A DNA stretch of 34,261 bases from Patescibacteria group bacterium. Its GTDB lineage: Bacteria > Patescibacteriota > Microgenomatia > UBA12405 > JAHJSD01. The translations under genes and the position numbers were made by a program. The stretch is from assembly GCA_018830585.1 (NCBI GenBank), contig JAHJSD010000013.1, forward strand, positions 1 to 34,261. The letters are read 5' to 3'. Below the pieces are notes generated by a model. It was not told the origin of the DNA. It saw only the letters and a program-made list of their open reading frames with translations, and did not search any database. Positions 27,094-34,261 of the stretch are shown in pieces (position 1 is the first letter of the stretch; the number at the start of each line of letters is the position of its first letter).

Positions 27094-27303
27094 TAGCAAA
27101 AACAACGATCCTGTTTGTGACCCAGGGGAGTTGAAGGAAGAAACCCCGCTACCACGGGGAAGTAAAGCCTTCCGGGCGCGCCCGTAACAGCGTTAAATGA
27201 GCTCTCGACTTTAGGTCGGAGGAAGCAGGGTGGCACCGCGAACTTATGTAAGCCCTCGCCCCTGTCAATCAGTTTGTCTTGGTTGATATGGGCGAGGGTT
27301 TTT
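27094..27303 (+). ncRNA. T-box riboswitch, ultrashort Stem I, GAC (Asp) specifier, intrinsic terminator
   Basis: T-box AAGCAGGGTGGCACCGCG (27223-27240); terminator GCCCTCGCCC...GGGCGAGGGTTTTT; Stem II with AGTA loop; GCCCGTAACAGC; promoter TTGAAT-18-TATAAT (27058-27087). Confidence 0.88.
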
Positions 27304-27346
27304 AATTGGAGCAAAATCTGTTAAATTTTAACTAAAGAATAAAAAA

Positions 27347-29152
27347 ATGAAACGAACCCTGATAAAAGATACCGTTTCTTCAGTTGGCAAAAAAGTGGCG
27401 ATCTCCGGTTGGGTAAATAGTGTCCGGAGTCATGGCAAATTAGCCTTTGCTGATATCCGGGATAGGTCTGGAATGATTCAGGTAGTTGGAGGAAAAGAAC
27501 TTGCTAAACTAAATCCGGAATTTGTTGTTAGAATGGAAGGATTGGTTAAAAAAAGAGAAGAAAAATATTTTAATCCCAAAATAGCCACCGGGGAAATCGA
27601 GCTAGAAGTAGAAAAAGTGTTAGTTTTGGCTGAGGCGAAAAACTTGCCTTTTGATATTCATCAACCTAATTTGGACGTTTCCCTGCCTGTTTTGCTGGAC
27701 TATCGGGCCGCTTCATTAAGAAACAAAAAAATTTCCGATATCTTTCGGGTTCAGGCAACTATTGTCAAAACTTTTAGAAAACATATGAACGACAACGGTT
27801 TTATTGAATTTCAGGCTCCAACGATTGTTGCTACTGCCACCGAGGGAGGATCGCAGGTTTTTCAAGTTAATTATTTCGATTACAAAGCCTACTTGGCCCA
27901 AAGCCCTCAATTTTACAAACAAATTATGGTTTCTGTTTTTGAAAGGGTTTTCACCCTGGCCCACGCCTACAGGGCAGAGCCAAGTGTTACTACCAGGCAC
28001 ATGACAGAATACATCGGCATGGATGTAGAACTGGGTTTTATTAACAGCTGGCTGGATGTGGTCGACACGGCAGACAAACTGGTTAAGGCCGTTTTCGCCG
28101 AAGTAAAAAAAGAACATTCAGATATCTTGGCAAATTTTGGAACAACTATTCCTAAAACAGCAGAGAAAACTCCAATAGTGAAACTGTCAGAGGTGCAGGA
28201 AATAATTTTTAAAAGAACCGGCCGGGATATTAGGGGAGAGCCGGACATGGATCCCGAAGGGGAAAGAGAAATTTGCCGTTGGGCGGAAGAGAAACACGGA
28301 AGCGAGATTGTTTTCATCAGTCATTATCCGACCAAAAAAAGACCTTGGTACACCTATCAGGATCCTGAAAATCCGGAGGAAACTCTAAGTTTCGACTTAG
28401 TTGGCCGTGGAGTAGAATGGATTACCGGCGGCCAAAGGATAAATGATTTTGAAGTTCTTTCCGCCAATATTAAAAAAATGGGAGGCGAGCCAAAAGATTT
28501 TGAAATCCCCTATTTACAGGCCTTTTGTTACGGTATGCCGCCGGAAGGCGGATTTTGCTTAGGACTGGAAAGGGTAACTCAGAATATTTTAGGCTTGTCC
28601 AATATAAGGGAAGCGACCCTTTATCCCAGAGATTTGGAAAGAGTAGATGCCAGACTTTCGGTTATCGGCCAAAAAATAGCCGGAAAAAACAAAAATCTTT
28701 TCCATGAATTGATCGATCTGCTTGTTGAAAACAGCATCAACTATCGGCTTTGCAACCATCGGGCAGTTTATACCAGTAAAGAAGCGGCCGAAGCAAGGGG
28801 GACAAAGCTTAGTCAGGGGACCAAGGCATTGATAATGATGGCTGACAGCAAACCGATTTTAGCTGTTATCTCTGCCGCCAAGGAGGTTGATATTGAAAAA
28901 CTTAAAAAATTACTGGCAGCTAAAAAATTAAAAATGGCCACTGCTTTCGAAGTCGAAGAAATTTCCGGAGTTAAAATCGGCGCCGTTCCGCCGTTCGGTA
29001 GTCTGATTGGGCTAAAAATATGGGTTGATAAAAGTTTAGAGAAAAACGAGGAAATTGCTTTTAATGCCGGATTGCACACCAAATCAATAATTATCGCCTA
29101 TCGGGATTGGTTTAACCTGGTCAAACCAGAAAAAGCGGATTTTTCATTGTAA
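27347..29152 (+). CDS. aspS: Aspartyl-tRNA synthetase (short, no-GAD type) fused to a C-terminal YbaK/ProX domain
   Basis: OB fold, ATEGG, LAQSPQFYKQ, YRAEPS.T.RH, GMPPEGGFCLGLER; last ~155 aa with GTKALI, GAVPPFG, FNAG. Confidence 0.92.
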   Translation: MKRTLIKDTVSSVGKKVAISGWVNSVRSHGKLAFADIRDRSGMIQVVGGKELAKLNPEFVVRMEGLVKKREEKYFNPKIATGEIELEVEKVLVLAEAKNLPFDIHQPNLDVSLPVLLDYRAASLRNKKISDIFRVQATIVKTFRKHMNDNGFIEFQAPTIVATATEGGSQVFQVNYFDYKAYLAQSPQFYKQIMVSVFERVFTLAHAYRAEPSVTTRHMTEYIGMDVELGFINSWLDVVDTADKLVKAVFAEVKKEHSDILANFGTTIPKTAEKTPIVKLSEVQEIIFKRTGRDIRGEPDMDPEGEREICRWAEEKHGSEIVFISHYPTKKRPWYTYQDPENPEETLSFDLVGRGVEWITGGQRINDFEVLSANIKKMGGEPKDFEIPYLQAFCYGMPPEGGFCLGLERVTQNILGLSNIREATLYPRDLERVDARLSVIGQKIAGKNKNLFHELIDLLVENSINYRLCNHRAVYTSKEAAEARGTKLSQGTKALIMMADSKPILAVISAAKEVDIEKLKKLLAAKKLKMATAFEVEEISGVKIGAVPPFGSLIGLKIWVDKSLEKNEEIAFNAGLHTKSIIIAYRDWFNLVKPEKADFSL

Positions 29153-29549
29153 TTCCGCTTGGACCTTCTTTTATCTCAGGAAAGCGAAAACACTGATTTT
29201 ACGGGGAGGGATCAATTTCTCCTCCGAGGTAGGCCTTGATTCCTCGGATGGTGAAATTGAATTAATTCGGTTCGGGATGGTGACCTCCCGCCATCCTGAT
29301 CTCAAGCTCGTTGGGAGGGAAAGAACCTACTTTGGCGGGGAATACCGTGGGTACGAGTTCCTGTGTTTTTTATTTCTTTCAATTTCGCGCAGTTACGTTT
29401 TCCAACTACTTTAATATATTAAATTATTAAAGTAGTAATTAACTTGTCTAACTTTAGTTTTTATTCTTCCGCCCAATCGGCGGTAATGGACGCGCTGGCC
29501 AAAGCAGACAAAGCTCAGCTTAAAGAATTAGGAATTCAGGTAATTGCCG

Positions 29550-30431
29550 ATGGTCTACAAAAAGATCGCTAAATTTTGGGGCCTGATACTTTTTATTTTT
29601 TCTGTTTTAATCTCGGTCAGGTTTTTTGTTTTTTGGGAAGGTTTTAATCTGGACTTTAATCCTTCGCCTTTGCCTTTGATTGAAGAGGACGCTTCTTTTC
29701 CGCAGATTAATGCCAAATCAGCGATAATAATTGATGCCGATTCGGGGACGGTCCTGTTTGAGAGAGAACCGCACCTGAGGCTTAATCCTGCTTCAATTAC
29801 CAAAATGGCCACGGCGATAACAGCGTTGGAAACTTATCCGGTTGACGAGGTAGTCAGTGTCATCAGCGCTTATCCTGTCGGCAAAATCATGGGTTTGAAG
29901 CCGGAAGAAAAAATTACCGTCAAGAATTTGATTTATGGGCTTTTGGTTCATTCTGCCAACGACGCCGCCTTTGTCCTCGCCGGCCAGACCGAAGGAAAAA
30001 TAGCAAAGTTCATCGCCAGAATGAACGAAATTGCTTTCCAGGAGAATTTAAACGACACCCACTTTGTTAACTTTGACGGAGAAGAGGATCAAAATCACTA
30101 TTCCACTGTTTTTGACTTGGCTCATCTAACCAGATGGGCCCTAAGAAATAGCATTTTTAGCGACGCGGTCCGGCTTGACAGGATTACGGTAACCGATATC
30201 ACCGGCAATATCAGTCATGATTTGGAAACTACCAATGAACTTTTGGGTTTGGAAGAAATTAAAGGAGTTAAGACTGGTTGGACTCCTTTGTCCGGTGAGT
30301 GTTTTGTCGGCTTAGTGGATTTAGAAGACCGCCGGCTGATCACCGTGGTTTTAGGCAGTGAAGACCGTTTTGGCGAAACTAAAAAATTGGTTGATTGGGC
30401 AAAAGAGAATATTTTTTGGAAAGAGATTTGA
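29550..30431 (+). CDS. D-alanyl-D-alanine carboxypeptidase (peptidase S11)
   Basis: PASITK (SxxK), SANDAA (SxN), KTG; N-terminal TM. Confidence 0.93.
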   Translation: MVYKKIAKFWGLILFIFSVLISVRFFVFWEGFNLDFNPSPLPLIEEDASFPQINAKSAIIIDADSGTVLFEREPHLRLNPASITKMATAITALETYPVDEVVSVISAYPVGKIMGLKPEEKITVKNLIYGLLVHSANDAAFVLAGQTEGKIAKFIARMNEIAFQENLNDTHFVNFDGEEDQNHYSTVFDLAHLTRWALRNSIFSDAVRLDRITVTDITGNISHDLETTNELLGLEEIKGVKTGWTPLSGECFVGLVDLEDRRLITVVLGSEDRFGETKKLVDWAKENIFWKEI

Positions 30432-30489
30432 TTCTTGTCTTGTTGCAAGATAGTGAAAACCCCGACCTGTTTCCATTGTCATTCTTCCC

Positions 30490-30770
30490 CCACACACCGG
30501 GTGTGTGGTAGGTTGACACCTCGGGAATTACTTCGATCCTGGAAATGAAAATCCAAAAAATGATCCAGGATCGTGATTATCCAAAATAAATGGCGATGAG
30601 GAATCTTGTAGCGAAGTTTCTCCTCGGATGATGTCCGAATGCCTGCTGCCCTCCTGCCGGCGGGCCTGCCCTCCTGCCGGCGGGTAAACCGGCAGGCAGG
30701 GACTCCTCCCTGCCCGCAGATGCTTCGCACCAAGCGATGCAGACGGGCGAGGTGGAACGAAGCGTGTTTG
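30490..30770 (+). repeat. Repeat cluster (modules A+B plus nested CCTGCC/GGCAGG palindromes)
   Basis: CACACACCGGGTGTGTGGTAGGTTGACACCTCGGGAATT; TTCGATCCTGGA...GATCCAGGATCGTGA; CTGCCCTCCTGCCGGCGGG twice. Confidence 0.8.
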
Positions 30771-30998
30771 AAGTTTTGTCATCATATCATCTGAGCACCG
30801 TCCGAGAATGAAGCGGTATTAATAAGGTGGTCCACCAGCTGGTGGAGAATTTAAAGTGAATCAAACTGTCCCGCCCTTGCGTCGGGGGAGGCTTTACTTT
30901 TAAGTTTGTAGTTTTGCCCGTGAAGTAGACAGAAAATCACTTTAGGGTTGAATCTTCCCAACCTCGTCAAAGACAGGCGGCCTTTGACTTTTGAATTT

Positions 30999-32057
30999 TT
31001 ACTCCAACCACTCGGGAGGAATTGCCGAGACATAACCGTAAAAATTATCGTCGCCCTGAAAAACGATCACCGGCTGTAAAAACTTATCGGTGAAATAGGG
31101 GTCAAAATAAGCTAAATAGACCCTTCTTATTTTGACGGCAGCCTCTTTTTGCCCGCCGCTGTAAGAAGCAAGATAATAATTGCCGGTCTTAAGCTCTTCC
31201 CAGGCTTGTTCAACTGTCTTAATCGGATACCGGCTGTACTTTTCCCGGTCGCTTTCAAAATGAAGATATTTCGCTTCTACCACATGCTCGTTTTGGATCC
31301 TGAACCCGGAAATCAACAACGAAACTAAGCTTTTGTCCGCCTTTGGCGAAACGACGGGGTATTTATTGTCTACTTTTTTTCTGAAAATATTTATCCTGAC
31401 AAAGTCGGCTTCGGAAGCGGCCAAAGCAGGGATTAGTTGACTGCCGCTTATTTTCCAGTAACTGGGACGGTATTCGCCGTCTTTGAGCTCGTTGGTCAGG
31501 CGGGAAATCTTGCTTAAAAAGGCTCTGGCGATCATAAGCGTATCGGATTCTGCGGGAAGCGACGGTGGATTGATCAGTGTTTGGTCTTCAAGATAAGCGT
31601 AGGCATATTCAAAATTTCCGGTTAAAACGTCAACGGTCAACGAAGTTCTTTGGGACGCGTTTTCGAAAACAAAAATATCCTCGTCTATTTTTCGCGGATC
31701 ATCTTTAAATCCCAACGTTTTCGCTAAGCTGGTTGCTTTTTCCAAAGAAAGAAACTTGCCTCTTTCTTGGGGCACAAAATAAACCTTTTCGGTAAAAGGG
31801 ATGTCTTTGGGCAGCTCTCCGTCTGCGGTTTCCAGCTGGAAGTTTTTCGGTTTTTGGATCGCTTCTTTGGGAAAATTTATTCTGGGCAATTTGCCGAAGG
31901 AAGTGTCCGGCGGCGGCGGCGGTATCGGATGGATACTTCTCCAGTAAACTGTAAAAAGGTTAATGCTTACTTTAGAAACGAAAAAAAGAACTAAAAGTAT
32001 CGCGCTGATTTTGATAACCTTACGAGTGTAGTAAGAAACAACCGTCAATTGGGACAT
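30999..32057 (-). CDS. Hypothetical membrane-anchored protein
   Basis: 352 aa; N-terminal TM then PIPPPPPDTSFGKLP; C-terminal YLAYFD..FLQPVIVF. Confidence 0.8.
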   Translation of the reverse strand: MSQLTVVSYYTRKVIKISAILLVLFFVSKVSINLFTVYWRSIHPIPPPPPDTSFGKLPRINFPKEAIQKPKNFQLETADGELPKDIPFTEKVYFVPQERGKFLSLEKATSLAKTLGFKDDPRKIDEDIFVFENASQRTSLTVDVLTGNFEYAYAYLEDQTLINPPSLPAESDTLMIARAFLSKISRLTNELKDGEYRPSYWKISGSQLIPALAASEADFVRINIFRKKVDNKYPVVSPKADKSLVSLLISGFRIQNEHVVEAKYLHFESDREKYSRYPIKTVEQAWEELKTGNYYLASYSGGQKEAAVKIRRVYLAYFDPYFTDKFLQPVIVFQGDDNFYGYVSAIPPEWLE

Positions 32058-32096
32058 CAGTTTTAGTATACAATTTAGGTGTGATAAAATTCAAAC

Positions 32097-33689
32097 ATGA
32101 AATTAACCCCAGCACCAGAAAGCCCCACGTTCCAACATGGGGATGAATGGCAATCTGTCTGGGGCTTTCGGTGCGGGGTTTCATCCCCCGGGAAAGGGAA
32201 GCCACGGGCTTCAGCCCGTGGAGGATTCACTTCCCCACGGAACCGAAAAAAAGACCTTTTTGATTTTCCCGTCAGAACCAGGTTCGCTCCCAGCCCGACC
32301 GGATTTGTTCATATCGGCAATATCTACGGGGCGATGTTGGATTATGCTTTTGCCAAAAAACACAAGGGCGGTTTTATTCTCCGGATAGAAGACACCGATC
32401 AGAAAAGGCGGGTGGATGAGGCAGAAGAAAAGATTTACCAGGGTTTAAAGTGGGCCGGATTGGTTCCGGATGAAAGTCCGGAACACGGTGGAAAATACGG
32501 GCCTTACCGCCAATCGGAAAGATTGGAAATTTACCAAAAGTATGCTCGCCAATTGGTTGACCAAGGTGATGTCTATTATTGTTTTTGCACGCCCAAGAGA
32601 CTGGAAGAGCTAAGGCAAGAACAGAAAAGAAAGAAAAGATTGCCCAAATATGACCGTCTTTGCCGCAAGATTTCTAAAAAAGAGGCGGAGCAAAGGATAA
32701 AAAACGGCGAAAAATATGTTATTAGGATGAAAGTTCCTGATAACGAAAAAATTGCCGTCAACGATCTTCTCAGAGGCAAAGTTGTTTTTGAAAGCAATCT
32801 GATTGACGACCAGGTTCTTTTGAAAGCGGACGGCTTTCCCACTTACCACTTAGCGGTAGTAGTAGACGACCATTTGATGAAAATTTCCCATATTATCAGG
32901 GGCGAAGAATGGCTTTCTTCTGCGCCGAAACATGTTTTGCTTTACCGCTACCTCAACTGGCAGATGCCTGTTTTGATCCACACTGCCAACTTAAGAAACC
33001 CGGACCGGAGCAAGATGAGCAAACGCCACGGCCACACCTCTCTGGACTGGTACATTGACCAGGGTTTTTTGCCTGAAGCCTTGCTTAACTTTTTGTCTCT
33101 TTTGGGCTGGTCCCACCCGGAAGAGAAAGAAATATTTTCTTTTGACCAGTTTGTTAAACTTTTCGATCTTAAAGATCTTTCTCCGGTCGGGCCCGTCTTT
33201 GATTTAAAAAAATTAGAGTGGATGAATGGGGTTTATATCAGAAATAAAGCCGATGCCGATTTGGTAGAATTTCTCAAGCCCTTTTTGCCCGAGGTAGCCA
33301 AGGACAAAATTTTAACGGCAGCGCCTTTGATTAAGGAGAGAATCAAAACCTTAAAGGAAGCTTCCGAAATTCTTGAGTTTGTTACTCGTAAAGTTGATTA
33401 CAGTCCGGACTTGTTATTGGTTAAGGGATTAACCAAAGAAAGTGCTGGGCAGATGCTTGAGAAGGCAAAAGCAGCTGTAGATAAATATGGGATAGATGTA
33501 GAAAAACTCCAAAAGGAATTTTTAAAACTGATTAAAGACAATAATTGGAACACCGGTAATTTTTTTATGGTTTTGCGCACCGCCGTCTGCGGCAAAAAAA
33601 TCACCCCGCCGATTATCGAATCCTTGCCCTTAATTGGCAAGGGAGAGACCCTTTCCCGTTTAGACTTAGCTTTATCCAAATTAAGCTAA
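32097..33689 (+). CDS. gltX: Glutamyl-tRNA synthetase with repeat-derived N-terminal extension
   Basis: VRTRFAPSPTG, HIGN, KMSKR; only in-frame ATG/GTG/TTG upstream of VRTRF is ATG 32097. Confidence 0.95.
   Translation: MKLTPAPESPTFQHGDEWQSVWGFRCGVSSPGKGKPRASARGGFTSPRNRKKDLFDFPVRTRFAPSPTGFVHIGNIYGAMLDYAFAKKHKGGFILRIEDTDQKRRVDEAEEKIYQGLKWAGLVPDESPEHGGKYGPYRQSERLEIYQKYARQLVDQGDVYYCFCTPKRLEELRQEQKRKKRLPKYDRLCRKISKKEAEQRIKNGEKYVIRMKVPDNEKIAVNDLLRGKVVFESNLIDDQVLLKADGFPTYHLAVVVDDHLMKISHIIRGEEWLSSAPKHVLLYRYLNWQMPVLIHTANLRNPDRSKMSKRHGHTSLDWYIDQGFLPEALLNFLSLLGWSHPEEKEIFSFDQFVKLFDLKDLSPVGPVFDLKKLEWMNGVYIRNKADADLVEFLKPFLPEVAKDKILTAAPLIKERIKTLKEASEILEFVTRKVDYSPDLLLVKGLTKESAGQMLEKAKAAVDKYGIDVEKLQKEFLKLIKDNNWNTGNFFMVLRTAVCGKKITPPIIESLPLIGKGETLSRLDLALSKLS
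32105..32230 (+). mobile_element. Non-autonomous IS200/IS605-end-like palindromic element inside the 5' end of gltX
   Basis: AACCCCAGCACCAGAAAGCCCCA...TGGGGCTTTCGGTGCGGGGTT, then GAAGCCACGGGCTTCAGCCCGTGGAGGATTCAC. Confidence 0.55.
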
Positions 33690-33726
33690 AATACTCTAAT
33701 CATTCGAATCATTAGAGTATTTTAGC
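33685..33726 (+). terminator. Long hairpin at the gltX stop
   Basis: GCTAAAATACTCTAAT...ATTAGAGTATTTTAGC. Confidence 0.55.
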
Positions 33727-33751
33727 CTCCGGGGTTAAATCAATTTCTTAG

Positions 33752-34048
33752 ACACCCCCGGGGTGAGTTTTGGCTCCCCGGGGGTGGATCAAGAGCAACC
33801 AGGCCTATCAACGCTCCGGAGGTGAGTTAATTCGACTCGATCCGGGATCGTGATTCCTTCTCCGTCATCCTGATCTCCCTCAGGGAGAGAAGGATCCCCT
33901 TGTGTAAAATCCCGACCTGGGATTATGCCCCCCTATTTCCCTGATTACCCCTTATCGTCCCGATTTTCCCTTTCCACCCCTCGCTAGAATTCGATCCTGG
34001 ATCGTGACCACCGTCATTCCGAGCGAGTCTTGCGAGACGAGGGATCCT
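33752..34048 (+). repeat. Repeat cluster (modules C, B, D)
   Basis: ACACCCCCGGGGTGAGTTTTGGCTCCCCGGGGGTGG; GATCCGGGATCGTGA; 34-bp match to 2025-2058; AATTCGATCCTGGATCGTGA. Confidence 0.8.
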
Positions 34049-34213
34049 TGTCTGGCGGTTTATCTTGCTTAATTACTTTACTGCCTTTTCTGGTAAAATT
34101 AAGCCGTATGATAGAAATGCGAGCTAATAGACAAAACGTGGAGGTAAAACTAACTCTTTTTTCCTAACTAATCGCCTATTCCCAATTTATTAATCTTCTG
34201 GTACATTAATCTC

Positions 34214-34261
34214 ATGAAAAAAGATACTGTAAACAATGCAGAAACGTTGCTCAAAAAAGAG
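34214..34261 (+). CDS. Partial CDS running off the window end
   Basis: ATG 34214, MKKDTVNNAETLLKKE, open to the edge. Confidence 0.35.
   Translation, partial: MKKDTVNNAETLLKKE

Noticed and set aside
29486-29572. 28-aa ORF MDALAKADKAQLKELGIQVIADGLQKDR overlapping the carboxypeptidase start
   Set aside because: Could be a 3' remnant of a lost gene but is too short to assign; not called
11749-30529. Module A copies as a CRISPR array
   Set aside because: Copies are kilobases apart with no regular spacers, and there are no cas genes in the window
3072-33679. Other short antisense or alternate-frame ORFs inside long genes
   Set aside because: They overlap well-supported housekeeping CDSs and show no motifs
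2025-33895. 34-bp exact direct repeat (2025-2058 and 33862-33895) as attL/attR of an island
   Set aside because: It encloses core housekeeping genes and belongs to a dispersed repeat family with other degenerate copies

Overview
This is a 34-kb bacterial chromosomal segment. Gene content and style (PaaX-like regulator, DUF4446/DUF3048/secDF cluster, short leaders, palindromic intergenic repeats) suggest a Patescibacteria/CPR, Microgenomates-like genome; that placement is inference. The housekeeping backbone is recA, rny, HU, an ABC-2 exporter, miaA, an AI-2E transporter, rnpB, comM, secD/secF, cca, recJ, aspS (fused to a YbaK domain), a D,D-carboxypeptidase, gltX and tRNA-Pro(GGG). The left end is an integron-type cassette array on the minus strand: two complete attC-like sites, an attI-like site, a VOC cassette, a toxin-antitoxin cassette and an ORF-less cassette. 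Its integrase appears cut off after 14 codons by a palindromic repeat. aspS is preceded by a T-box with an ultrashort Stem I, a GAC (Asp) specifier and an intrinsic terminator. Most large intergenic gaps hold a co-oriented, modular and nested family of short palindromic repeats, which often sit where gene fragments begin or end. No CRISPR array, rRNA or intact transposase/integrase was seen.
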